NCBI RefSeq assembly: GCF_963921235.1
Contig: NC_086103.1
Location: forward strand, 24,738,001 to 24,802,000
Length of the DNA: 64,000 bases
Reading direction: 5' to 3'
Source of the DNA: Mobula hypostoma
Lineage: Eukaryota
The first letter of the stretch is position 1; every line of letters begins with the position of its first letter. The position numbers and the translations under genes are program-made. Below the pieces are notes generated by a model. The model had not been told where the DNA came from. It did no database searches and was given only the letters and a program-made list of their open reading frames with translations. Below are positions 1 through 38,770 of the stretch, one piece after another.

Positions 1-652
1 GCAGAATACAAAAACAGGAGCTACAAGCTGATTAGTACTAATGACTCAAGCTGCTACAAATTAATATCTTGCAAGTTACAAACAGATTTCTCAAACATTA
101 CAACCTTGATCTCTTTTCAGCACAATTTTCCGTGTCAATTTAGATCATAAGACATAGCAGCAGAACCAGGCTATCCGACCCAATTCAGCGTGGGGAAAGG
201 GATTGCTGACATTTCCGGTCAAGACATCGCATTAGGTCTGCTCTCCCCAAGGAGTTCCTTCAACAATTTATTTGTTTTGTTCCAGATTCCAGCAGTACTT
301 GTTTCATATGTCTCCTTTAAAATTGTTTGCCTCTCCTTGTGCGCTACGTGATCTGCAGCCTACTTCCAGGCTTTCAAATTTAACTAAGCGCCGACTGTGA
401 TCAAATGAAGGTGCTTCAAATGAGCAAGAATTTAGATGATTTCATGTTTCATCATAATAACATAAATCAACTTCATACCACACACTGCAAAGGGAAAATC
501 TTTACTGATCAGGTTTTTCCTCAAACACACTGTAGCAGTGATTAGTATCACTGGAACTGGGTCAACTAACTGCTGTTAAAGTATATCCAGAGGAGGCCTT
601 GAAAGGAAAAAGATCAAAGCATATGGTACTGCATTAACATAATGACACATAC

Positions 653-27615
<26,963 letters not shown>

Positions 27616-27619
27616 CGTG

Positions 27620-28248
27620 CTGGACACGCGGCTGACAACTTAAATCTAGTCCGCCTGCCAAAAGCTTCCCTCGGTCACCACAAACCGGCTAGCTGCGCGG
27701 ACTGCGCCGGCGTGACCTGATGTGTCTGATGCTGCTGCACACTGGGAAATGTAGTTCAATATTTGGCCCCAGACATACGTAGCCTACACCCCCCAGAATG
27801 CACCACTTCTCACCCTTTCCACACTCTCCCACTTTCTATCGCCTCGGCGGCTGTAGCTTTTCGGTAGGGGCTTTGCTCTTCCCAAGTAGAATGAAACGCT
27901 TTAAAGTGGATATGTAATTAGATATCCTTGGAGTTTTTAAGCGTGATTGAATTATACTGTGAAAGGAGTGGGGGGGGCTGTGTATGTTTATGGCAGGGTC
28001 GTAAAATGCCCCCCCCCTCTCCTGGTCAGCGAAGGAATACATTGAAAAGAAAATTGACTCAGGCCAAGCGTTTTGAAGTTATCTAAATGAAAATATTTTA
28101 AAGTGTAATTGTGTTACTATTCAATACAATGATTAAGCAATTACAAATCAGGGCGTGAGAGATGTTCTGAACCAGATGTGTTCCTGTATGTGGATGGGAA
28201 AGGCGTTGCATTTGCCGCCTCTGTTGGATGTGTGAGAGAGATGCGAAA
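27620..28248. promoter_or_regulatory. Bidirectional LARS1/NUDCD2 promoter with two divergent ZNF143 (SBS)/ACTACA motifs
   Basis: Minus strand ACTACATTTCCCAGTGTGCA (27736-27755); plus strand CCTACACCCCCCAGAATGCA (27783-27802); local CpG enrichment; start codons at 27615 (-) and 28581 (+). Confidence 0.8.
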
Positions 28249-28580
28249 GTAAGACTTTAAATGTTTACGATTGTTCATAAAAAAATCATTAGAAATGCAC
28301 TGAATGTTAAGTTATCTGGTTAGTCGATGGTAAAGAAATAACAGCTTCAATGATGATACTGGCTTACGTGTTTGTAGTTAAATACAGTAAATGGGTCTGG
28401 TAATGTTATGAAGCCATTTTATGTGTTGAATGAACTCAAGACAAAATGACTTTTGCAAAAATTAGAAAGATTAAAGCACAATAACAAGTTTTGCTGGTTC
28501 ATTTTTAACACTATAGTAATGTTTCAGTAATTACTGGCATTTCCAGTGTAATATTTTTAATGTACATTTATTTTTCAGTT

Positions 28581-28769
28581 ATGTCAGTTCATTTTGAAGA
28601 AAGAAGTGGGATTGTGCCCTGCAAGACCCCGTGGGGTGAATGGTATCAAACTATGGATGAAGTTTTTATCGATGTCCATGTTCCAATTGGAACAACTGCG
28701 AAAGACATTAAATGTAACCTGGGTAGTAAGGAGATAGCTTTATCTGTCAAGGGGACAATCATACTGAAG
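28581..28769 (+). CDS. NUDCD2: NUDCD2 coding exon 1
   Basis: 189 nt; ttttcag acceptor 2 nt before ATG; gtaaac donor. Confidence 0.95.
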
Positions 28770-31700
28770 GTAAACTGATCCCTTAACATTTACGTTTCTG
28801 ACACCTACAAGCAAGTTTATTTGTATAGCGCTTTTCAAACACAAAGCAGTTCAAAGTGCTCTGCATAGAACAAGATATAAAAATCAAACAATATATAAGA
28901 GAATAAAATCACAAAAAAAATAGGATAATTAGAAGTTACAGTGCAGGAGATTCTAATTAAAAGCTACAGCGAAAAGAAAAGTTTTAAACCTCGATTGAAG
29001 AGTTTAAAAGTTGGGGCAGACTTCAGGACCTCTGGAAGGTTATTCCAGGTATGTGCAGCATGGTAACTAAAAGCTGCTTCATCACATTTAGGTTTGACCC
29101 TGTGTACAGTAAGCAAACGAACCATTTTCATTTTACTTTGAAATTATAACTTATCTACTTTTCTTTAAATTTTAAAATAAAATTAACTATCTCACTTTTC
29201 TGATAATAAATGTCATGTTATTATCCTAATTGTAATTTGGAGGTAATTCAACTGTGGAGCTTAAGTTTAAACAAAATAAATTCTCAGTTAAAATGTTAAG
29301 AAATCAAATATTTTCATTTTTTTAATCAGTGACTTATATGTATACTTCATGTTTCCAGATATTATTTATTAAAATACTATATTTGTCAACAAATACAAGT
29401 AAGTATTTGTCTTTACTTATTTATGAGCATTTTTGGAAGTGAAGCCATGAGCTCTGTTTGATTTCACACTTGGCAAAAATTGCTAAAGATTGAAATAATT
29501 ATTTGCACAGTTATACATGTTGAGAAAAACAAATCAGGCTTACAAGAAACCGGTAGTTTGAACCATACTACGTAAACTATTGTCTTGGAAACTGCTTAGA
29601 TTAAACCATAAAATATAGGAGTAGAATTAGGCCATTTTGCCCATCGAGTCTGCTCTGCCATTTCATCATGGCTAATCCATTTCCCTGTCAGCCCTAATCA
29701 TCTGCCTTCTCCCCATATCCCTCCTTGCCCTGGCTAATTAAGAATCTATCAACCACTGCCTTAAATATACCCAACTTGAAGACAACGAATTCCACAGATT
29801 CACCACTATCTGGCTAAAGAAATTCCTTAAGATTGTTGATACTTAAATCTTTAAAAAAAAAATTCCATTTAGGGAATTAAATCAGATCCTAGCTTTGTGT
29901 GGCTCTCTAGATAACAAATTAATCTTGCTTTTTCAGGGTAAACTTTATGGTTCTACTGTTGCTGATGAAGGAACCTGGACATTAGGTAGGCAGTAACTGA
30001 AGCCAAAAACAAACATTTCTTCCTGAACAATAAGCTTGTTTTAGTGCTTCAGTGTACGAACATGTTCCATCTTAATACAATACTTAGATAAAAAAATAAA
30101 AGTATGATTGAAAAAGAACTTTACTTTCTTCCATCTCAAACAAATTTTATTCTGATAGAGGATAATAAGCAGGTGTCTATAGTGCTGATGAAATGTAATC
30201 GAGAAGCCGGGAACTGTTGGTCTTCGTTACTGGAAGGACAGTATAATGCTGACCCTTTAGTACAAGATGAGATGCAGAAGAAGCTCACACTGGAGAGGTT
30301 CCAAAGGGAGGTAAGCAACTTAATGCATAGTTTCCAGCATAGTTACTTTGAGAAAACAATAGATATGTCATTGGATTATTATTACCCAGAATTTTAAAAT
30401 AAATATAATGAAAAGAAAATGTAAAATAGTTAAATTGTAACAACAACATTTAATTCTGAAGCTTCTGATGGTACCAACATTGGTAGCCTGGAGAATACAA
30501 TAATGAAGTTCTGGACTATCTATACAATTTACAAACTATATGTTGTGTTTTTTTTAATTTCTCTGATTACACCCGAAGTTTCTGTCACTATGAACTAATG
30601 CAGTATCATTTTGACCTCTTCAACTGATATATTGTAAGTCTCAGTTCGGCTAGTGGCTTAATCTAGGGGAAGACAGCCCTCAGCCAGGCCAAACTTAAGA
30701 AACCTTGTTTGGGTGGATGCTGTGTGATGTGTCCCCTGTTACAAATCAGTACCATGAAATAACAAACAGTGCACAATATGAGATTAATGATTGAGCTTTA
30801 TAATTCTTAATTTGACTATACGGTTAGTAAAGAAACAAGAAAACATATAGAATAGTACAGCACAGTACAGGCCTTTAGGCCCACAATGTTGTGCCGACCC
30901 TCAAACCCTGCCTCCCATATAAGCCCCCACCTTAGATTCCTCCATATACCTGTCTAGTAGTCTCTTAAACTTCACTAGTGTATCTAGTGAAAAGAGCCCA
31001 TTCTCATGAAGCAGTCTAATGTGCAACGTTGGAGCTCACTGATAAGACCGTTAGTCCACCATCGACGGCCTCCGAGCATCGCTGATCTTTGGACCCTCGC
31101 TCCAAGTCCACTCCATCTAGCGGTCAACCAACTCGCTCCAGTCGCGTCTTCTCTCTTCATCTCTCCCTGGCAAAAGACCACAAAATCCCTGCTCCCTGAC
31201 ACGCAAAGAATAACATCCCTCTCATTGGATAGCCTCATATGCCAAAGGCCCATTATCGCTAGTTATAACCCAAACATTGCTGCTACAGAGAAACATTACA
31301 TTAGCAATGAAACCGTACAGTGCATTACATATAATTCAGAAATTAGTGGAAATGCTCATTTTATTTCTATAATCAATGGGCAGCACTAATAGATGAAAAT
31401 ATTCAAGTTGTAGGGCTAATTGAGTTTGTGACTCTACTGAAAGTCTGCATTTCTCAACAATATGGATGGCTTACAAAACATTTTTTCCACTGTATCTTGG
31501 TATATGTGACAATAATAAATTACCAATTAGAATCATAGCAGCATGCTAGATGCTTCCTGATGTGCTGAATATTCTAGCATTTTCTGTTTTAAGGTGATAC
31601 TTGAGCTCGACAGAGTGAGGAACAAAGAGATCAAAGGGACTTTGTGATGGGAGCTAGAAAATAATATTGAATTTAGTTATGTTGCTGATGAATTAGGATC

Positions 31701-33606
31701 TCTGTGGAATGTCTTCAAAGAGCATTTGATAGGAGATATGAGGAAATCTGCAGATGCTGGAATTTCAAGCAACACACACAAAAAATGCTGGTGAACGCAG
31801 CAGGCCAGGCAGCGTCGATAGGAAGAGGTACAGTCAACATTTCGGGCCGAGACCCTTTGTTTGACGAAGGGTCTCGGCCCGAAATGCCGACTGTACCTCT
31901 TCCTATCGATGCTGCCTGGCCTGTTGCGTTCACCAGCATTTCTTGTGTTTGATTGGAGATGTTTGAGGTAAATTCTGCAAAAAAAAAAAAAAAAAATTCT
32001 CTTAAAATCAGAAGGATCCTGAAAGTGGTTTTGTAGAAAAAGTCAGAGTTATACAGAAAGGAAACAGCTTTTCGGCCCACTGAGTCCATTCCGACCATCT
32101 CCCATACATTTAATCCCACACTGATTACACTCTGTTTACTTTCTCCACATTGTGTGGAATTCATTTCTTTGAAATTAAAGGAAATGAATTACATTGAAGA
32201 CAATGTAAAGAAAACAATCAAAGTGGTGAAACAATGAAAATTAGAATATTGTTTTATATTTCCCTTTATGGTCATCTTCCTGTGATGTAATTGGGAATTC
32301 TCCAGCTTGTTGAATCTTAAGATATTCTATATACAGTATGTTCCATATAAACCTACCAACGCCCACGGCTATCTTGACTATACCTGTACCTTCCCTGTCT
32401 CCTGTAAAAATGCCATTTCCTTTTCTTGGTTCCTTCATCTCTGCTGCATCTGTTCCCAGGATGAGACTTCCCTTTGCAGAACATCAGAGGATGGGGTTTC
32501 ACTTCCTCCACCATTGATGCTGTCTTTGCCTGCGTCTCCTCTATTTCTTGGATGTCTGCCTTTGCCCCATCTTAACAGTATAGCATTCCTCTTGCCCTCA
32601 CCCATTACCCACTACCCATGAGCCACTTCATCTAGCACATCATTCCCTGCAACCTCTACCATCTTCAATGGGATCCTATCACCAAACCCATCTTTACCTC
32701 CTCTCTACTCTCCACTTTCTGCAGGGATCACTCCCTCCATTATTTCCTTGTCCATTCATCCCTCCCCAATCATCTCCCTTCTGGTACTTATCCCTGCATG
32801 TCCATTCATTTCCTTCCTCACCTCCATTCAGGGCCCCAAACAGTCCTTCCAGGTGAGGCAGCATTTCACCTGTGAATCTGTTGGGGTTGTCTACTGTATC
32901 CAGTGTTCCCCATGTGGTCTCCTCTACATTGGTGAGACCCGACGTAGATTAGGGGATTGCTATATTGAGCACATTTGCTCTATCTGCAAAAAGAAGGATT
33001 TCCCGATGGCCAACCATTTTAATTCCAATCCCTGTTCCCATTCTATCATGTCGGTCCATGGCCATCTCAATTGCCACGATGGGCCGCTCTCAAGCTGGAG
33101 GAGTAACAGCTCTAGGTAGCATTCAACCGGATGACAAGAACATTGAATTCTCCAACTTATGGTAATTTTTCCTCCTCCCTCTTCCTTCTTCAATTCCCCA
33201 CTCTGAACCTCCTGTTACTTTTTCTCTTTTCCTCACCTGCCTATCACTTCCCCATGGTGCCTTTCCTCCTCCTGTTCTTTTCCCTGCCTTTCCAGAACTG
33301 ATGAAGGGTCTCAGCCTGAAAGTCGATTCAGTTCCGTAAGTGCTGCCTGACATACTGAGTTCCTCCAGCACTTTGTGTGTGTTGCCGTGGATTCCCAGCA
33401 TCTGCAGAATCTCTTGTGTTTATGAATCTTGATTTTTTTTTTGAAGCTGGCAGTACTATAAAGGCTCACACTTCCTTTTAAAGTCTATATGTAAACATCC
33501 TAATTGAACTCTTTCTTCCTAGCATCCTGGCTTTGACTTCAGTGGAGCTGACATTTCTGGAAACTATAGCGGTGGAGGTCCAGATTTCTCAAATTTGGGA
33601 AAGTGA
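28581..33606 (+). CDS. NUDCD2: NudC domain-containing protein 2 (complete, 157 aa, 4 coding exons)
   Basis: Exons 28581-28769, 29937-29985, 30159-30310 and 33523-33606 total 474 nt: MSVHFEERSGIVPCKTPWGEWYQTMDEVF...GKLYGSTVADEGTWTL...KKLTLERFQRE-HPGFDFSGADISGNYSGGGPDFSNLGK*. Confidence 0.97.
28805..29120 (-). mobile_element. L2-type LINE 3' end
   Basis: caagtttatttgtatagcgcttttca...aaagtgct terminus; YHAAHTWNNLPE-like coding remnant on the minus strand. Confidence 0.55.
29606..29830 (-). mobile_element. CR1 3' end
   Basis: ataggagtagaattaggccatt...gaattccacagattcaccact, homologous to the 3' end of the intact CR1. Confidence 0.8.
29937..29985 (+). CDS. NUDCD2: NUDCD2 coding exon 2 (GKLYGSTVADEGTWTL)
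   Basis: 49 nt, cag/gtaggc. Confidence 0.94.
30159..30310 (+). CDS. NUDCD2: NUDCD2 coding exon 3
   Basis: 152 nt, tag/gtaagc. Confidence 0.94.
30633..31329. mobile_element. Probable solo LTR containing a CR1 3' fragment (about 30844-30985)
   Basis: TGTAA...TTACA termini; flanks TATAT/TATAA. Confidence 0.5.
31738..31947. mobile_element. Fold-back PLE derivative
   Basis: About 80-bp inverted arms turning at the hammerhead core (about 31855-31865); TSD TTTGATAGGAGAT/TTTGATTGGAGAT (31725-31737/31948-31960). Confidence 0.85.
32325..33421 (+). mobile_element. Decayed Penelope-like element (RT C-terminus, GIY-YIG, pLTR)
   Basis: YKPTNAHGYLDY...CKNAISFS...ICSQDE; FTCESVGVVYCIQCSPCGLLYIGETRRRLGD; hammerhead-like CTGATGA...GAAAGTC 33298-33324. 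Confidence 0.88.
33523..33606 (+). CDS. NUDCD2: NUDCD2 coding exon 4 (HPGFDFSGA...LGK*)
   Basis: 84 nt, tag acceptor, TGA stop; NudC PGFDFSGA motif. Confidence 0.95.
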   Translation, partial: HPGFDFSGADISGNYSGGGPDFSNLGK

Positions 33607-34371
33607 AGACAACTCAAAGACATGAGGAGTGTGATTATTTTCTGCAGGGCCAACATGTGGGTATTCAGAAGACCAGTGCAAAAGTCAGATTGTTATAGTG
33701 CCTGAAGGAGTTAATGGCCCAGAAATTGTTGAGATAAAAATGATGTATTTAGAACTGTTGTCCATGCAAGAAAAGATTCATTATTTGTAGGAGATGGGGA
33801 TTGACTTATGAATTGCCAGAAATGACTGATTTGTGCTGCTTTGCTATCAATCTCAGGTCATTAAGCTCTCAATGAGGTTGAAGAAACTGTTGGATTTGTG
33901 CTATAAATACAGATTTTAAAATGCCAAAGCAAATTAAAGCTGCAGTGTAAGGAATTTATTAAAGGGGTAGTTAATAGAACTGAAACATCATTCAGTCTTA
34001 GAAGACAAAAGAACAGTTTAATTTCTTGTCTCACTCCTGCAGATAATTTGTCCCAAAAGTGGTCCAACTATAATTTTTTTTGAGGGAGTGATATGTTAAA
34101 CATCAAAATAATCAGAAAAGAGCGGTGGAAGCTTATCACATTTAGCTAACCCACAACAACAGATTCAATCCCCATTGGCTAGGGAAGATTCAGTGAAAGT
34201 TATGAACTCCTTCCATTTGGCCCTTTATGTGTGGATACAGCCAAGGATAAGAGAGGGAAAACCAAAATCACTGTTCCCACCAATCATATCTGTTTGTTTT
34301 TCACTAAATTTTCATTGTTTGTGATTAATAGGCTTATTGATATTGCAAAGCTATATTATACATAGCACTTT

Positions 34372-36120
34372 ACAAACGAGAAAATCTGCAGATGCAGGAA
34401 ATCCAAGCAATACACACAAAATGCTGGAGGAACTGGACAATATCCAGGCTTGGGCTGAAAAATGTCAAGTAACCTTTGAGCCACTCAAGTGCCAGGCAAT
34501 GATCATCTCCAACAAGAGAGCTCTAACTATCATCCCTTGATATTCAGTGGCATCACCATCACTATATCCCCTACTATCAACATCCTGGGGTTAATCATTG
34601 ACAGGAAACTGAACTTGTCTAGCCACATAAACACAGTGGCAACCAGAGCAGGTCAAAGACTTGGAATCCTGTGGCATGTAACTCACCTCCTGACTCCCCA
34701 AAGCTTGTCCACCATGTACAAGGCTCAGATCAGGAGTGTAATGGAATACTTGCCACTTGCCTGGATGAATGCAGCTCCATCAACACTCAAGAGGCTTGAG
34801 ACCATCCAATACAAGGCAGCCCACTTGATTGGTACCCCTTTCATGAGCATCCAGTCCCTCCACTATTGATGAACAGTTGCAGCAGTCTGTACTGTCTACA
34901 AAATGCACTGCAACAACACACCAAAGTTCTTAAGACAGCACCTTCCAGACTCACGACCACTACCATCTAGAAGGATAAGGACTGCAGATACCTGAGACAC
35001 CACCAGTTGGAAATCCCCCGACAAGCCACTCACCGTCCTGACTTGGAAGCATATTGCTGTTCCTTCATTGTCGCTGGGTCAAAATCATGGAATTCCCTCC
35101 CTAACAGCACTGTGGGTGTGCATACACCTCAGGGACTGCAGCAATTCAAGAAGGTCAGCACCTTCTCAAGTGCAAGGAGTGATCCAATAAATGCTGGCTT
35201 AGCTGGCGACACCCACATCCCATAAATGAATAAATTTTTTGAAAAAGGAACTCAGCAGGCCAGGCAGCATCCATGGAAAGAAGTACAGTTGAAGTTTTAG
35301 GCTGAGACTTTTCGGCAGGACTGGAGAAAAAAAGATGAAGAGTAGATTTAGAAGGTGGAGGAAGGGAGAGAGATGCACAAGGTGATAGGTGAATCTGGGA
35401 GGGGGAGGGATGAAGTGAAAGAGCTGGGAAGTTGATCGGTGACAGAAATACGGGTCTAGAGAAGTTGGCCACTGGGAGGTGTTCCTGGTGTGGCCTCCTG
35501 TATATCGGTGAGACCCGACATAGATGGGGTCTACTTTGCTGAGCACCTACACTCTGTCTGTCAGAAGTGGATCTCCCGGTGGCCACCCATGTTAATTCCA
35601 CTTCCCATTCCCATTCTGATATGTCAATCCATGGCCTCCTCTCCTGTTGCGATGAGACCTCACTCAGGTTGGAGGAACCTTGTATTCCGTTCGGGTAGCC
35701 TCCAACTTGATGGCACCAACATTAATTTCTTGAACTTCTGGTAATGCCCTAACCGCTTCACCATTCCCCATCCCCTTTTCCCTCTCTCATCTTATCTCCT
35801 TTCCTGCCTATCGCCTCCCTCCGATGCTCCTTCCCCACCCTTTTCTTTCTTCCATGGCCTTCTGTCCACTCCTATCAGACTCCCCCTGTATTTCTTTCAC
35901 CAATCAACTTCCCAGCTTTTTACTTCATCCCTCCCCCTCCCAGTTTCATCTATCACCTTGTGTTTCTCTCTCTCCTCCCCTCCCCTCACCTTTTAACGCT
36001 ACTCCTCATCTTTTTTTCTCCAATCCTGCTGAAGGGTCTCGGCTTGAAACGTCGACTGTAGCTTTTTCCATAGTTGCTGCCTGGCTTGCTGAGTTCCTCC
36101 AGCATTTTGTGCGTGTTGCT
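34372..36120. mobile_element. PLE with inverted pLTRs (minus pLTR, then plus GIY-YIG and pLTR), interrupted by a LINE
   Basis: Minus pLTR 34372-34434 and 35246-35465; LLYIGETRHR...GSLQLDGTNINF 35490-35744; plus pLTR to 36120. Confidence 0.75.
34435..35240 (+). mobile_element. CR1/L2-group LINE 3' fragment
   Basis: DNIQAWAEKCQVTF...YKAQIRSVMEY...AW; 3' end aataaatgctggc...cccacatcccataaatgaataaa; AGGAACT present at both junctions. Confidence 0.8.
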
Positions 36121-36834
36121 TATTTCGCAGTTTATATTTGCCACTTACCTCTGATTATTTCAAGCTAATCAAAGTCTAAAGGTAATGTAAAATTCCAAAA
36201 TAAGATGCAGAATATGAGTTTCTCTATCCAGCAACTTCTGGACCACTTGGTACATTAATGCAATGTTTTTTATTGCTTAAAAATAAAATACTTCACATAT
36301 GGAATTTGGTTTCTGTGCTATGTTGTATGGATAGGTTGTGAAGGGCCTATATTGCAAGATTAAAATCAAAATATATTTATAAAAATATTGGAGCAATATT
36401 TCATTCAGTGTCCTGTAGTTTATCTTGAGAATTATCTTACAGCTCTGCTCACATTGCCCAAGGAATTTACTGAAATTATTTCCAAATTGTTCAGTCTTCA
36501 TCTTAAGGAATTTTAGGGAAGAAATTTAGTGTTTTTTTAAATACACCTTGATATTTTATTAGGTGAGCTCAGTGACAAAGCATTTATTGAGATGTTCATG
36601 TAAATGATTGAATTCTAGTTGATAACATTACAGATTTCCTTCCAAGTAGAAGTTTTGCTCATGCTTTTCATTTTGAAGTTAACTGGCATTTTAAGCATGG
36701 TATGTTTCCATACCTAATTTACTGAGAAAATCATTTAATAATCTAGTGCTGAGTTTTCTTTGGCATCATTTGTTGACCACAGTAGACAGGAAATAGGTGG
36801 CCAATATTGGAGACTATTCAGTGTTGCTGTAATA

Positions 36835-37700
36835 GGTCGGTACCATGGTGTAGCAATTAGCACAAAGCTGTACAGCGCCAGTGATTGGGGTTCAATTCAG
36901 TGTGGACATGGTGGAGGATTACAAATACAAATACCTGGGGATACGAATTGACAATAAACTGGACTGGTCAAAGAACACTGAGGCTGTCCACAAGGAGGGT
37001 CAGAGCCGTCTCTATTTCCCGAGGAGACTGAGGTCCTTTATTATCTGCCGGACGGTGCAAAGGATGTTCTACGAGTCTGTGGTGGCCAGTGCTATCATGT
37101 TTGCTGTTGTGTGCTGGGGCAGCAGGCTGAGGGTAGCAGACACCAACAGAATCAACAAACTCATTCGTAAGGCCAGTGATGTGGGGATGGAACTGGACTC
37201 TCTCTCACTGTGGTGTCTGAAAAGAGGATGCTGTCTAAGTTGCATGCCATCTTGGTCAATGTCTCCCATCCACTACATAATGTACTGGGTGGGCACAGGA
37301 GTACATTCAGCCAGAGACTCATTCCACTGAGATGCAACACAGAGTGTCATAGGAAGTCATTCCTGCCTGTGGCCATCAAACTTTACAACTTCCTCCCTTG
37401 GAGGGTCAGACACCCTGAGCCAATAGGCTGGTCCTGGACTTATTTCATAATTTACCGGCATAATTTACATATTACTATTTAACTATTTATGGTTCTATTA
37501 CTATTTATTATTTATGGTGCAACTGTAATGAAAACCAATTTCCCCCGGGATCAATAATATATGACTATGACTAATTCCCACTGCTGTTTGTAAGGACTTT
37601 GTCTGTTTTCCCAGTGACCGTGTGGGTTTCCTCTGCTGTTCCAGTTTCCTCCCATATTTTGAAGACTTGCATGTTAGTAAGTTGTGGCAATATTGGAAAT
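36835..37700 (+). mobile_element. tRNA-derived V-SINE-like element split at its B box by a Rex1 fragment
   Basis: ggggttcAATTC|insert|AATTCccactgctg...gtgggtttcctct...cagtttcctcccat. Confidence 0.65.
36899..37572 (+). mobile_element. Rex1/Babar LINE 3' fragment
   Basis: YKYLGIRIDNKLDWSKNTEAV...QSRLYF.RRLRSF...MFYESVVASAIMFAVVCWG; (TATGAC)n tail; 5-bp TSD AATTC. Confidence 0.85.
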
Positions 37701-38459
37701 ATTTGAGGAGGAAGTGCATATATTTTAGAAAGATGGGCAATTCAAGGCTCTGAGAAATGCTGGTGAAAAGCACTTAAGATTTTGGGCACGGGCTTCTCTT
37801 ATTAAATTACTACTTCAGCCCTTTAACTCTTCCACCTATTCCCTCCCCCACCCATGCAGATTTCTCTTGACCTAGTCTCACCTATCACCTGTCAGCTTGT
37901 ACTCCTTTGCCTCTCCTACTTTCTTATTCTTGCTCTGCCCTTTCGTTTTCAAAGTTGATGAAGGGTTTTGGCTACCTGAGTTGCTGAGTTCCTCCAGTAT
38001 TGTGTGTGTATTATTTAAGATTTTGGACAGATCGAGTATGATTGTACTGAATGGCAAGCCAGGCGTAACCCTCATCAGTCTCTTGAAGCAAAGGGGATAA
38101 CTTCTCTCAACTTCATCTGCCCCATAATTGAAATGCTCCCACAACCTATGAACTCATTTTCAAAGACACTTCGTCTCATGTTCTCGATATTTATTGCTCT
38201 TTTTTTTTGCTTTCTCTTTGTATTTGCAGTTTGTCTTTTGCACACTGGTTGAAAGCCCAAGTTGCTGCGGTCTTTCATTGATTCTATTATGGTTATTACT
38301 CTATTATGGATTTAATGAGTATGCCCACAGAAAATTGCTTGTATATGGTGACATATATGTACTTTGATAATAAATGTACTTCAAACTTTGAACTTTTGAT
38401 GACGAAGACCCACCAAAGCAACAAACAATCTGCTGGACGAGCTCAGTTGGTCGAACGGC

Positions 38460-38770
38460 ATTTCCGGAATGAATTAAGAACTTTTGGTGAATCATGACGC
38501 ATGACGTAACTCATAGAGACGGACGTGACGTCAGCGCGTCAGACTCCGGACCCGGCGAGGAGGAGGTAGAAGTGGAACAGTGAAGAAGAAATGTCTGATC
38601 TGTTCGTGAAACCAGGTAAAGTGAGAGAAAAGCGGTCACTGGCGAATGGACGGAGTTAAAGCTGGCGTAAGTGGGGGGGGGGTGGTGAGCGTTGAGAAGT
38701 GTCGGGCATGCAGGCGCTCCGTCTACGTGGCGTTCGATTGTGCTCAGCACCGCTTCATGACGTAATGGTA
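38460..38770 (+). promoter_or_regulatory. SRA1 CpG-rich promoter with CRE/ATF site cluster
   Basis: TTCCGGAA 38462; TGACGCA 38495; TGACGTAA 38502; perfect CRE TGACGTCA 38526-38533; CGTCA 38537; TGACGTAA 38758. Confidence 0.7.
38591..38615 (+). CDS. SRA1: SRA1 exon 1 coding part (MSDLFVKPG)
   Basis: 25 nt, CAG|gtaaag donor; matches the SRAP N-terminus MxxLYVKPG. Confidence 0.88.

Noticed and set aside
33607-36830. NUDCD2 polyadenylation site
   Set aside because: Several ATTAAA/AATAAA candidates (about 33933, 33958, 36282) cannot be ranked without transcript data.
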